From an uncultured virus (IMG/VR IMGVR_UViG_3300028644_000008) (taxonomy: Duplodnaviria; Heunggongvirae; Uroviricota; Caudoviricetes), in IMG/VR virus record IMGVR_UViG_3300028644_000008: 64,000 nt of DNA. One strand, written 5' to 3'. Shown here one piece after another: positions 7,851 to 17,543 of the stretch; the first letter of the stretch is position 1; each line of letters opens with the position of its first letter. The translations under genes and the position numbers were made by a program. The notes under the pieces are model-generated. The model saw only the letters and a list, made by a program, of their open reading frames with translations, searched no databases and had not been told where the DNA came from.

Positions 7851-10139
7851 ATGGCCTTGAAGTTCTCCTGCGGCAAGTGCGAAAGACTCTTCCCAGAAGA
7901 AGCCTTGGTGGCAGATCCCCAAGGAGGCCCCGACATATGCCCGGCCTGTCTGTCACGCGTTGCTGACAGGCAGAATCCCGTTGGTCCTGCAGTCCGCAAA
8001 GGCGAAAGCGGAGCCCTCGGTACAGCTCGAACACCAAGTGTGCAGGTGCGTGTCGGCGTTACGCCTCAGTTTGTCGGACAAGGACAATCGATAGCAGTTG
8101 CTGGGTATTCGCTTGCCGATCCGCTCATCTACGTTGCCGATTGCACAATCAACTCGCACTTCGATGCCAGCTTGTTGTGTTTGAGAAGGCGCATTGATCC
8201 GCCGCAACCCGAGCCCCCTAAGTCACTCGGCTACTGGCCGCAGCTCGGCGAACTGAAGCCCTATCAAGTCGGGATATATCTTGAATGGCTTGCTGGCGGC
8301 CGAAACGATCCGAATGTGGATATCGGATATGTGTTTCTCTACTTCTATGGGCTTGAGCGGCGCAGTGTGGTTGACGGCCAGGACATTGTTGCCATTGGAT
8401 ACGAACTTCTCCGGCTACTGAACACGTATGGTGCTTCAAGGTCCTTCCGGGACTACGCCACTAGCCTACTTATCCACCTAGTACTGACCAATCGTCTCAG
8501 ACCGACCACCAAGCTGATATCGAAGCTCCTTGACCATCAGGACAACCACATTAGCAGTCAACTACTAGCAATGCTTCTAGGCCATCTTGCGAGGGAACGG
8601 AAAGGACTTCCAACCGACTGGGCCTTGCACTTGGCTAAGCAGGATGAGCGGGCCGTAAGGAGCGTAGTAGCCGCCACCGTGCCAACAGAACTCATGAAGC
8701 TTTTCGGCAAGAAATATGAGAAGGAGTATGGAGATGGGCTGGTCCCACAGCTTAGCGGGGGCACAACCAGCGTCGAATACCGACCGGCGTCACCGACACT
8801 ACTCCCAATAATGTGGACTGGCAAGAGGATACTTGCCGAGGAGTGGCCGACGATTATTGGATGGAGGCACCAGTTTTCAGGAGTTGTCGGCTGCTACAAT
8901 GAGTGCATTGAAGAACTGAGATCGTATGCAAGGAAGACCAAGACCAGCGGGAAAGACTCGCCACTATCCTACGAAGCTTTGCCCGCGGCATTGCGGACTG
9001 AAACGAAGCACCCTCTGCAAGACGCATGGGATGCCCTCATTGCAGAGTTTGCCCCGGAGAAAGGCCCCATTCTGCTTCCGATATCGCGTCTTGCCCAGGC
9101 CAGAGGCATCGCAAAACGTCCGAAGCTGACGGCTAGTCAGGCTTCCTCCTTGGCAGAACTCGCCGAAGCACTGGGAAGCGCATTGGAGCCAGATCCTCGA
9201 TATACGAGAAAGGCCTACACCTGGAATCAGAATGTAGCAGTACTTAGACTTCCAGATAGACCTCTAGTTCCCAATGGGCAGAACTATGCGGCGGCAACCA
9301 TGGTCTTGCGATTGGCACTCGAAATAGCGTCCGCGGATGACACGGTTGATAATAATGAGCGCCAAGCGATAGCCTCCTTCCTTGCAGAACGTTTCTCTCT
9401 TTGTCGTAATGATTGCCTACGACTGGAAGCCTTGATCGCATTGAATGTTGAGGAAGAGTCGTTGCTCGCTGGGCTAAAGAAGAACCTGGCCAGCTTCGCC
9501 GCAGAGCAACGAGAAGCAGTCGCTCGTTTCCTGGTGGAAATCGCTGCCGTTTCGGGTGGTGTAGTGAGTGCAGAAATCAAGGCCCTGGAGCGAACGTTCG
9601 CCGTCTTGGGTCTGCCGCGTCCACTCGTGATGACGTATCTCCAGGAAATGGGACTGGTCGGTGGTGATACCCCAGTTCTCGCTCAGCGCGCGACATCGGA
9701 TTCTGGTGGAGAGCGCATCCCGTCGAGACCACTGGTACTAGACCTGGAGAAGATTCGCCAGAAGCGCCAGGAAAGCGAGGAAGCGGCAAGGATGCTAGTT
9801 TCGGTTATGACGGCCACGGCCGTTGCAGAGGAGGAGCCGGAGGAAGTCTCGAGCCCCGCCAGAGTCAGTACTGTCGTGGAGCCCGAATCGCGAGATGGGG
9901 ACACGCTCCATCAACTGGAGGCTTCCTTGCGTGCAGTCTTGTCTGAAGTAGTCGAAAGGCCAACGTGGCCCCGTGTCGAATTGGATGAGATTGTCAGGAA
10001 GCACGGGTTCATGCGCGCCGCAGCTATCGACAGGCTCAATGAGTGGTCGGACGAGCAGTTTGGTGATTTCCTGCTCCAAGACGGAGACCCTGTGGTCGTG
10101 AGCCAGGACATCGCCAGGAAGATCAGGGGGAACTCATGA
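7851..10139 (+). CDS. sngA: TerB-N/TerB/TerB-C domain protein (Shango SngA-like) with N-terminal zinc ribbon
   Basis: TerB-N motifs YWP..YLEWLAGGR..IGYVFLYFYGLERR; TerB-like IASADDTVDNNE; C-terminal IDRLNEW..FGD; N-terminal CGKC..CPAC. Confidence 0.8.
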   Translation: MALKFSCGKCERLFPEEALVADPQGGPDICPACLSRVADRQNPVGPAVRKGESGALGTARTPSVQVRVGVTPQFVGQGQSIAVAGYSLADPLIYVADCTINSHFDASLLCLRRRIDPPQPEPPKSLGYWPQLGELKPYQVGIYLEWLAGGRNDPNVDIGYVFLYFYGLERRSVVDGQDIVAIGYELLRLLNTYGASRSFRDYATSLLIHLVLTNRLRPTTKLISKLLDHQDNHISSQLLAMLLGHLARERKGLPTDWALHLAKQDERAVRSVVAATVPTELMKLFGKKYEKEYGDGLVPQLSGGTTSVEYRPASPTLLPIMWTGKRILAEEWPTIIGWRHQFSGVVGCYNECIEELRSYARKTKTSGKDSPLSYEALPAALRTETKHPLQDAWDALIAEFAPEKGPILLPISRLAQARGIAKRPKLTASQASSLAELAEALGSALEPDPRYTRKAYTWNQNVAVLRLPDRPLVPNGQNYAAATMVLRLALEIASADDTVDNNERQAIASFLAERFSLCRNDCLRLEALIALNVEEESLLAGLKKNLASFAAEQREAVARFLVEIAAVSGGVVSAEIKALERTFAVLGLPRPLVMTYLQEMGLVGGDTPVLAQRATSDSGGERIPSRPLVLDLEKIRQKRQESEEAARMLVSVMTATAVAEEEPEEVSSPARVSTVVEPESRDGDTLHQLEASLRAVLSEVVERPTWPRVELDEIVRKHGFMRAAAIDRLNEWSDEQFGDFLLQDGDPVVVSQDIARKIRGNS

Positions 10140-11440
10140 TCATCAAACCACGCGAGAAGACGGCCATTCTGCAGAGCCTCGCTGCTGGCGTTGTGCCGAA
10201 GATTGGTCTCCATCTGATCCAGGTCGGCAGGAAACGGGAACTTGAGGCCCTGATTGCCAATCTCATGGCCATCGAGGATGGTGGCGCAGCGTTCAGGTTT
10301 GTGGTGGGCCCTTTCGGAAGCGGGAAGACCTTCTTCCTAAACTTAGTCCGCACGGTTGCCATCGAGCGGAAGTTCGTAGTGCTGCAGGCAGACATTACTT
10401 TGGAGCGCCGGCTGCACAGTACGGGCGGACATGCCCGCGCTTTGTACACGGAGCTAATCCAGAACATGTCCACGAAGGCCAAACCAGAAGGCGGGGCGAT
10501 GCCTGGCCTTGTCGAGCGCTTCATTTCCGACATTCATCGGGAAATGGGCGCGAGCTCAGATGCCGCCGCACTGGAGAAGGAGATCGGTAAGCGCCTGCAG
10601 CCGCTTCTGGATATGACTCACGGGTCGAACTTTGTTCGAGTGTTGGCGCGCTATGTTGAGGGATTTGCTTCTCGAAATGACACCCTTACCAACGCCGCTG
10701 TGCGATGGCTGCGCGCCGAGTACACGACCAAGACCGAGGCGCGAGGGGATCTCGGCGTCCGCGACATTGTTGAGGACGCACATCTATTTGACATGCTCAA
10801 GCTGTGGGCGAGCTTCATCCGCATCGTAGGATATAAGGGCCTTTTCGTGAACATCGATGAGATGGTGGTCCTGTCTGAACGACTCAACAATGCGGCTTCT
10901 CGCGACAAGAACTACGAGGTAATCCTGCAGATGCTTAACGCCTGTTTGCAGGGCAATGTCTGTGGGCTGGGGTGTTGTCTTGCAGGCACGGACTCTTTTC
11001 TGTCAGACAGGCGGCGAGGCCTCTTCAGCTACGAAGCGCTGGCAACCCGCCTCGCGGACAATCCGTTTGCGACCGCAGGGGCGGCTGACATGAAAGGCCC
11101 GGTAATCAAGCTTGATCCTCTTACTCGGGAAGATCTGTTCGTGCTCCTCGAGAGAATTGCCCGAGTTCATGCCGGCAGTGACGAGGCTAAACCCTTGGTA
11201 GATCACGATGGCATTATGAAGTGCATGACCTTTTGCGAAAAACGCCTGGGGGCACAGCACTTCTTGACCCCACGGGACACGGTCAAGCAGGTTGTCGGGC
11301 TTCTCAACGTCATGGAGCAGAATCCAGGAAGGAGTCTGGAATCATTCCTGCAGATCGATGAGCCACCGGCTGCGCCTCAGCAGCCCGCAAAGCTGGATGG
11401 TCCTCAAGACACTGACTCGTTGGCCAAGTTCAAGCTCTAG
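10136..11440 (+). CDS. sngB: P-loop ATPase (DUF2791/BrxD-like; Shango SngB-like)
   Basis: SLAAGVVP..GR..E; Walker A GPFGSGKT; Walker B VNIDE; ATGA overlap with the upstream gene. Confidence 0.85.
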   Translation: MIIKPREKTAILQSLAAGVVPKIGLHLIQVGRKRELEALIANLMAIEDGGAAFRFVVGPFGSGKTFFLNLVRTVAIERKFVVLQADITLERRLHSTGGHARALYTELIQNMSTKAKPEGGAMPGLVERFISDIHREMGASSDAAALEKEIGKRLQPLLDMTHGSNFVRVLARYVEGFASRNDTLTNAAVRWLRAEYTTKTEARGDLGVRDIVEDAHLFDMLKLWASFIRIVGYKGLFVNIDEMVVLSERLNNAASRDKNYEVILQMLNACLQGNVCGLGCCLAGTDSFLSDRRRGLFSYEALATRLADNPFATAGAADMKGPVIKLDPLTREDLFVLLERIARVHAGSDEAKPLVDHDGIMKCMTFCEKRLGAQHFLTPRDTVKQVVGLLNVMEQNPGRSLESFLQIDEPPAAPQQPAKLDGPQDTDSLAKFKL

Positions 11441-11443
11441 CCT

Positions 11444-13681
11444 ATGGCTACCGCCTTCGAAAGGCTGCACCCTCACATTCAACACGTCCTATGGGACATG
11501 AAGTGGGAGACGCTACGCGATCTGCAGGCCAAGGCCATCGATGCATGGCTTGAGAGGAAGAACGATATCATTCTCATGGCCAATACCGCCTCAGGCAAGA
11601 CCGAAGCTGCCTTCCTGCCTATCCTATCGACATTGGCACCTGACCAGGGCGCCGGTTCCATCAGGGCCATGTACGTCGGTCCACTCAAGGCGTTGATCAA
11701 CGACCAATTCAGACGCCTGGAGGATTTGTGCAAGCGCGCCGAGATTCCGGTGCATCGCTGGCACGGCGATGTCGCTGCCGGAGATAAGAAAGCACTCCTG
11801 GAGGCTCCTTCGGGTGTGCTATTGATCACCCCTGAGTCACTGGAATCATTACTCGTGCGTCATGGCCGTGATGCTCAGCGGCTTTTTGCGCGCTTGGAAG
11901 CTGTTGTTATTGACGAGTTGCACGTGTTTCTTGACAGTGAGCGAGGACGACAGCTCTCAAGCCTATTGGCGAGGGTTGATGAGGCCAGAGGAGGCCTTCG
12001 CACGAGGCGTGTGGCCCTGTCGGCAACCATCGGAGACCTCCGCATTGCACAGGAATGGATTACTGATGGGGATCCGGCCCAATCAGTGATCATACAATCG
12101 AACGCATCTCGCGACGTGGAACTGATGCTGAAAACGTTCATCTCCGAGCCGGCTACCGCGAGCATGAAAGTCGAAGCTGGCAGCGACATGCCGTCGGAGA
12201 TGGCACCCGTAGCCGATAATGAAGGTGACGGCCTGCTATCCATCGCCGAACACATCATGAATCACTTCTCAGGCAGTACAAACCTTGTCTTCTTCAACCG
12301 AAAGATGGAAATAGAAATTTGTGCCGACTTCCTGAGGCGCCTTTGCGAGAGATCACACAAGCCCAACGAATTCCTGGTGCACCATGGCTCTCTAAGCAAA
12401 GACCTTAGGCTCTACGCGGAGAGGGAGTTACAGTCGGGCCGCCCGTGCACAGCACTCTGCAGCAGCACACTGGAACTTGGCATTGACGTGGGCTACGTAG
12501 ACACTGTCGGTCAAGTCGGGCCGCCACACTCGGTGAGTGCGCTGAAGCAGCGGTTGGGACGCAGTGGGCGCGTGTCGGGCCGGCCCTCCCGGCTATGGAT
12601 GTACGTTTCCGTTGAACGTCAGTGCCCTTCTGCTCCACTTCCGGACCGGCTGTACCTGCCGCTCTTGCAGGGAATTGCCTTAGTCGAACTCATGCTGGAT
12701 AAGTGGGTCGAACCTCCCACAGTTCATGGCTCGGACTTGAGCACCCTCATCCAGCAGATTCTGGCAACGATAGCACAGAAAGGCGGGGCCCCTGCGACCA
12801 GGCTATACGAGGCCATCAATAGGTCCTATGCGTTCAGTAAGATAGGCCAGGAGGCGTTTGCCCAGGTACTCAGAGATATCGGTGCTGCCGACCTGATCGA
12901 GCAGGTGGCTGATGGCGACCTGATTCTGGGCATCGCCGGTGAGAGGCTAACAAGCCACTATGACTTCTACGCAGCATTCGAGTCTCCGGAATCATATGAG
13001 GTGCAGCACGCAGGTCGTGCAGTTGGCAGCATTGAAGCCGTAGAAGGATCATATGAGCCCGGACAGTATCTCCTGCTCGCTGGCAAGCGCTGGCGGATTC
13101 TGGAAGTCGATGAGAAGCGCAAGGTCATAGTCGTAGAGCGAGCGCACGGCAAGGGGGCTGTCCGTTGGTCCGGAGGAGGCGGGCATGTCCATCGGCGCAT
13201 TCGCGAGAAGATGCTTGAACTCCTGACATCGGAAAGCATTCCTCGCTGGCTAGAGCCCAACTCGATTGAGGTGCTGTGCTCCGCCCGGGAAGCCGCTAAG
13301 GCCTTTGCCTTGGCCAATACACGAATGGGGGTGGAAGGTGATCTTCTTCATCTCTTTACGTGGACAGGCTCTCGTGGGCAAACAGTCCTGAAGCTTGCCC
13401 TGTCTCTTGCTGGCCTTGATGGGGTGCTGGACTTTGGCGCTGGTCTCACGATCCCATCGAGAGCCACCAGTGAGGACCAAGTGCGGAGAGCACTCCGCGA
13501 CTTCGTCGCCTCCGAGCCGAACGCCGATCAGATGGTGTTAGCGGCATTCAGGAATGCACTGCCAAAGTCCGGCAAGCACGGTGAGTATCTTTCAGGACCA
13601 CTGCGTGCAAGCACTTACGCATCAGCCAACCTCGATGTGAAGGAGGCAATGACCGCCGCACGCGCCATCCTGGCAACGTAG
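11444..13681 (+). CDS. sngC: Lhr-like DEAD/DEAH helicase (Shango SngC-like)
   Basis: TASGKTE, PLKALINDQ, TPESLE, DELH, SAT, HHGSLS, TLELGID and QRLGRSGR motifs. Confidence 0.85.
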   Translation: MATAFERLHPHIQHVLWDMKWETLRDLQAKAIDAWLERKNDIILMANTASGKTEAAFLPILSTLAPDQGAGSIRAMYVGPLKALINDQFRRLEDLCKRAEIPVHRWHGDVAAGDKKALLEAPSGVLLITPESLESLLVRHGRDAQRLFARLEAVVIDELHVFLDSERGRQLSSLLARVDEARGGLRTRRVALSATIGDLRIAQEWITDGDPAQSVIIQSNASRDVELMLKTFISEPATASMKVEAGSDMPSEMAPVADNEGDGLLSIAEHIMNHFSGSTNLVFFNRKMEIEICADFLRRLCERSHKPNEFLVHHGSLSKDLRLYAERELQSGRPCTALCSSTLELGIDVGYVDTVGQVGPPHSVSALKQRLGRSGRVSGRPSRLWMYVSVERQCPSAPLPDRLYLPLLQGIALVELMLDKWVEPPTVHGSDLSTLIQQILATIAQKGGAPATRLYEAINRSYAFSKIGQEAFAQVLRDIGAADLIEQVADGDLILGIAGERLTSHYDFYAAFESPESYEVQHAGRAVGSIEAVEGSYEPGQYLLLAGKRWRILEVDEKRKVIVVERAHGKGAVRWSGGGGHVHRRIREKMLELLTSESIPRWLEPNSIEVLCSAREAAKAFALANTRMGVEGDLLHLFTWTGSRGQTVLKLALSLAGLDGVLDFGAGLTIPSRATSEDQVRRALRDFVASEPNADQMVLAAFRNALPKSGKHGEYLSGPLRASTYASANLDVKEAMTAARAILAT

Positions 13682-13718
13682 TCATTCATGTCCCGACTGC
13701 GCAATCGCGTGGTCGGCA

Positions 13719-13753
13719 TCGTCTCCGCAAGCATCCTCATTTCCTGTTGGGGC
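13719..13753 (+). repeat. Intergenic repeat copy C
   Basis: TCGTCTCCGCAAGCATCCTCATTTCCTGTTGGGGC, 31/35 identical to 2119-2153. Confidence 0.85.
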
Positions 13754-13951
13754 CACGGCCCGTCCACCATCGAAGACTTAGGTTCCGAGCCAGCTGGTTT
13801 GTGGCAGTGTGCGGTAACACCATATTGATCCCGAGGCTATCGACACAGCCGGACGCAAGTAGTTCGTCAACGGCCTTGGCCTCTGCACTATTCAGACATG
13901 CACATGCCTGCTATGATTTGGGTCTCTTCGTGGGCGGGAAAGGGAGACCTG

Positions 13952-14812
13952 ATGAAGCCAGACCATCGCTTTCAAGATCTGCCGAAGGCTTTCTGGGCCA
14001 ACGTCAGGGCCATCAGCCAAGTCGTCGGCTATACGGCGAGCGGCAAGTCCAAAGGCAGGATTAAGATTCCCGATCTTGCCGAGATGTGTGCGGCACTGAG
14101 CGATACGGGTCTTGAATGCACGCACATAGTGAAGAACTGCCAGCCCACACCGATTGGCAAGCTTCTCCACGACTACTTCCACTACCGCGCGGAGACGCTC
14201 AACAGCTATGTTGAGCCGCGGCTGATGGATGCAAATCGGGCGCGGGACACGTTTCAGAAGCTACGCGCCGAGTTGAACCCGGGATGTCCGTTGCCGATGA
14301 ACAAGCAGAAGGGTGCCAAGAAGGCCTCCGCGTTCCTCACCGGCATCGTAAACATGCTGATAGAGACTAATGCCGCCGGCCTGCCGTGCGACTTTGAGCC
14401 GCGCAAGTTGACCACCGTCACCCGAAACGGAGAACTGCTGCGGACGTTTGCCAGATGGGTTGACGGCGCATTCCCCTCCACCGTCAATCCCGTGGCAGTC
14501 TGGGAGATCAAGGAATACTACTACACCACCACCTTTGGGTCTCGCGTTGCGGACGGGGTCTACGAATCCCTCCTGGACGGCATGGAAATCGAGGAGCTTC
14601 GGGAACATGAGGGCATCGACATCAAGCATTATCTGATCGTCGACGCCCACTACACATGGTGGGAGTGTGGCCGGTCATACCTCTGCCGCTTGATGGACAT
14701 GTTGCACATGGGTTACGTTGATGAGATTCTGTTCGGGTACGAGACTGTAGAGCGGCTACCGGAAATAGTCAAGGAGTGGGTGGTCGCTGCACAAGCCAGG
14801 CAGGATCAGTAA
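13952..14812 (+). CDS. Putative PD-(D/E)xK restriction endonuclease
   Basis: VDGAFP..VWEIKEY catalytic-like motif; convergent with a Dam-family MTase; ATG after GGGAG RBS. Confidence 0.65.
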   Translation: MKPDHRFQDLPKAFWANVRAISQVVGYTASGKSKGRIKIPDLAEMCAALSDTGLECTHIVKNCQPTPIGKLLHDYFHYRAETLNSYVEPRLMDANRARDTFQKLRAELNPGCPLPMNKQKGAKKASAFLTGIVNMLIETNAAGLPCDFEPRKLTTVTRNGELLRTFARWVDGAFPSTVNPVAVWEIKEYYYTTTFGSRVADGVYESLLDGMEIEELREHEGIDIKHYLIVDAHYTWWECGRSYLCRLMDMLHMGYVDEILFGYETVERLPEIVKEWVVAAQARQDQ

Positions 14813-15711
14813 GTCAGCAGCAACCTGTCAGCCACAACCTCGTTCTCGAGGCTTTGGCCCTCCATCTGAAACCTCTTCAACATGCAGCGGCCCGTGGTGA
14901 CAAGCACTTCTTCCTCAAATAGACCCTCAGGTATCGGCAGATCGCAGAGTTTCCTCCCGGAGCCCTTGGTGCCGTCAATGCTGAGGGCCACGTAGACCCC
15001 TCGGGACTTGCAGCCTGCGATGACTTCGAACAGGTGTCTCAGATCGAAGGACTGGGCGCCGTAGAGAATCGTTTGACTATGGCTGTAGGGAGGATCGCAG
15101 TAGACCATGTCGCCGCTTTGTGCGCGGGACATTGCTTCCTGGTAGTCCATCCGCTCGAACTGCGCACCGGCAACGCGCTCATGCCACAGGTCTACCCTCT
15201 GAGCGAACTTCTCAGGTGAGATCGGTTCGTGCACACCGCATGGCGTGGAAATGTGCCCATCTGCCTGCCGAAAGCGGACAACCCCGCCATAGCAGGAACG
15301 ACTTAGAAACAGCAGGTCCGCGCCGTTGGGCCTAGCGTTATAGGCAGCCTTGACCTGTTCGTAGGCCGCTTCCTTGGAGGACTTGGCCATGCCCCGCCAT
15401 CTCTCGGCATACCATGCTTTGAGTTCCTCGGGGCGGTTCTTCAATGTTGCCCATATCTCCATCAATGGGGCAAAGGCGTCAGAGCCAAGACCGTTCTCTG
15501 GCCTCAATGTTGCGAGAACGGCCCCGGTTCCGAGGAAGGGTTCATAGTACTTACCGAAGTTCGCAGGAAAGAAGGACACTATCTCGTGGGCGAATCTCTG
15601 TTTGTTGCCTACCCACTTGAGCAACTGAGACTTGAAGGGCACTACCATATGCCCAGGCCTACCGAACATGGTCATCTGTGCCACTTCGGCTGAATCGGTC
15701 CGTGTGCGCAC
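14806..15711 (-). CDS. Dam-family DNA adenine methyltransferase
   Basis: LKWVGNK, YYEPFLGTGAV and VYCDPPY motifs; GTG start 15711 after GAGGAG RBS. Confidence 0.9.
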   Translation of the reverse strand: MRTRTDSAEVAQMTMFGRPGHMVVPFKSQLLKWVGNKQRFAHEIVSFFPANFGKYYEPFLGTGAVLATLRPENGLGSDAFAPLMEIWATLKNRPEELKAWYAERWRGMAKSSKEAAYEQVKAAYNARPNGADLLFLSRSCYGGVVRFRQADGHISTPCGVHEPISPEKFAQRVDLWHERVAGAQFERMDYQEAMSRAQSGDMVYCDPPYSHSQTILYGAQSFDLRHLFEVIAGCKSRGVYVALSIDGTKGSGRKLCDLPIPEGLFEEEVLVTTGRCMLKRFQMEGQSLENEVVADRLLLTY

Positions 15712-15882
15712 GCCCTCTCCTCTCACGCTGATCCTACTCGCGTTCCGAGCGTTGTTCAACTGGTCTTTCGCGCCCTGGCCTGGAACCGGGAGGTATGTGC
15801 GGAGGAGCGTACTACCACGCATTATCATGCTCTTCGGTCTCAAGCATAACGATGGTACGGCAGGATCGATGGCTTGAGCGGT

Positions 15883-16938
15883 TCACACGTACTCAAACCC
15901 CAGCTTCACCATTAGCCCATACATGTGGAAACCGAACTCCGTCCTCCCCGTGGAATAGTAGGTAGCATCGGCTGGCCGGAAACTGTCGAGATTCGGCGGA
16001 TACGGGATGATCGCCGGCGAATAGGCTGGGATCACGCCCTTGGCTGGCGGTGCGATGTCCAGGATCATCGTTCCGTAGCGGAACCAGAAGTAGGTCTCGT
16101 CATACAGCGGGATTCCCGCTGGCTGGCCCGCCTGATAGGCGTAGTCGACACCATTCAACCGCACGGTGACGGTGAACTCGCCTTGTGTCTTGGTCCACCG
16201 CTTGGCGATGTAGACGGGCATCTTGGCTGCCACGATGTCAGGCGCGTAGTTGGGCAGCGGCGCAGCCGCTGCGAAGGCCCCCGCATCGCTCCACTCGATA
16301 CCGTATGACAGGCTCCCAGAGAGGCTGTAGCTCTGCAGCAGAAATGATGGGCCTGAACACGCACTGGAGAGCCTGGACGTGCGTGGCGCCGCGTTCCAGC
16401 TTGACTTGGCATTGGCCCATGCAGTGCTCCAGGCCGCACCGAATCCGTAGCCGGAACGACGGTATAGCAGTCCGGAGAGGTCCATGCAGCTACCCACCGG
16501 TCGGAGCCACAGCAGATTGGCCACGGCGTCGCGAACCTCGTTGACGTGGACCGCCTTGATCTTTGTCGCAGGGGTGCCGGTATACGACTCCTCTCTCTTG
16601 CCCACCAGCACCGGATCGGTCCAGTCGCTCTGGCCGATGAACCGTGACAAGAACCCTTCTTTGCCCAGGCCAACCTGCCACGCCAGTCCAGTGTCAGGAT
16701 CGTAGTAGTAACTGAGCAGTGTCTCGACGGCCTGGCGCAGCGCACGCATGTTCTCGACAAGGATCTTCTCGTCCTTGGCCACGAGGGCGAGCGGCGAGAT
16801 GGCCAGTCCATAGGTGGGGTTGGCTGCAAGGATTCGCTCGTTCACCGCCTCGACAAGCTGGTTCCAGCCACATAGCCGCTCAGCGTCGGCGTAGATCACC
16901 GTCTCCTGGGCGACGGCAGGCCAGCCGGTGAAGCCCAT
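15883..16938 (-). CDS. Distal tail / receptor-binding candidate
   Basis: Last gene of the late operon; KIKAVHVNEVRDAV motif seen in tail proteins; ATG 16938. Confidence 0.55.
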   Translation of the reverse strand: MGFTGWPAVAQETVIYADAERLCGWNQLVEAVNERILAANPTYGLAISPLALVAKDEKILVENMRALRQAVETLLSYYYDPDTGLAWQVGLGKEGFLSRFIGQSDWTDPVLVGKREESYTGTPATKIKAVHVNEVRDAVANLLWLRPVGSCMDLSGLLYRRSGYGFGAAWSTAWANAKSSWNAAPRTSRLSSACSGPSFLLQSYSLSGSLSYGIEWSDAGAFAAAAPLPNYAPDIVAAKMPVYIAKRWTKTQGEFTVTVRLNGVDYAYQAGQPAGIPLYDETYFWFRYGTMILDIAPPAKGVIPAYSPAIIPYPPNLDSFRPADATYYSTGRTEFGFHMYGLMVKLGFEYV

Positions 16939-16946
16939 GGTCGCGC

Positions 16947-17540
16947 CTACTGGTAGACGATCTCGGACGTTTCCCCGCCGCCGCCCCCACCGCCGGCCGG
17001 GAATCGCACGAGCGCCCACCCCTCGCCGGGGCTGTTCTCGGCCCACAGTATGGCCGCGGTGCCGTCCTTGGAGCTACGCAGGCTCTCCGGGCCGTCGCCC
17101 ACGTCGGCGAACTTGTCCACGTCCTCCCCTTCCTCGGGCTCGGCAATGATGAGCCTTACCGGGGTGATGCCTACAGCCAGCGCCCGGGCAAGCTTCCCGC
17201 CCTTCACCGGTTCCATGAGGACTACGAAGCGTCCCTTGTGGACGTCGGCTGCCGGCGTCACGCCGATCAGTGCCGGCCGGTTCTTGAACTCGTCGAGGTT
17301 GTCGGAGGGGCCGAAGATCGGACCATCGACGCCCAGGATCTCGAAGCGCTCCCGGTCTGCCCCGCTGTCGTTCCGGACCAACACCACACCGCCAGGCAGC
17401 GGAGCGGCCTTCGCGGTCGACGTCTGGTCTCTCTGCCGACGCTTGAAGTCCACCGCGGCGTCGATGAAGGCGTTATAGGCCCCGGCCGGGATGCGCAGGC
17501 TCTCGCCCGGAGCGACCTTGCGGAGCGCATCCCCGGCCAC
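16947..17540 (-). CDS. Tail-tip-region hypothetical protein
   Basis: Position after the tape measure; C-terminal poly-Gly linker. Confidence 0.6.
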   Translation of the reverse strand: MAGDALRKVAPGESLRIPAGAYNAFIDAAVDFKRRQRDQTSTAKAAPLPGGVVLVRNDSGADRERFEILGVDGPIFGPSDNLDEFKNRPALIGVTPAADVHKGRFVVLMEPVKGGKLARALAVGITPVRLIIAEPEEGEDVDKFADVGDGPESLRSSKDGTAAILWAENSPGEGWALVRFPAGGGGGGGETSEIVYQ

Positions 17541-17543
17541 GGC

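Larger units (their letters stand above)
163..15843. mobile_element. Defence island (lower-GC cargo region)
   Basis: Cluster of MTases, endonuclease, Shango-like operon and ATPases; visibly lower GC than the prophage; abuts a tRNA fragment. Confidence 0.8.

Noticed and set aside
13836..13853. Inverted similarity to positions 4-22 (GCTAyCGACACAGCC)
   Set aside because: Only 14/15 bp and does not extend; cannot be distinguished from chance, and the window edge truncates it
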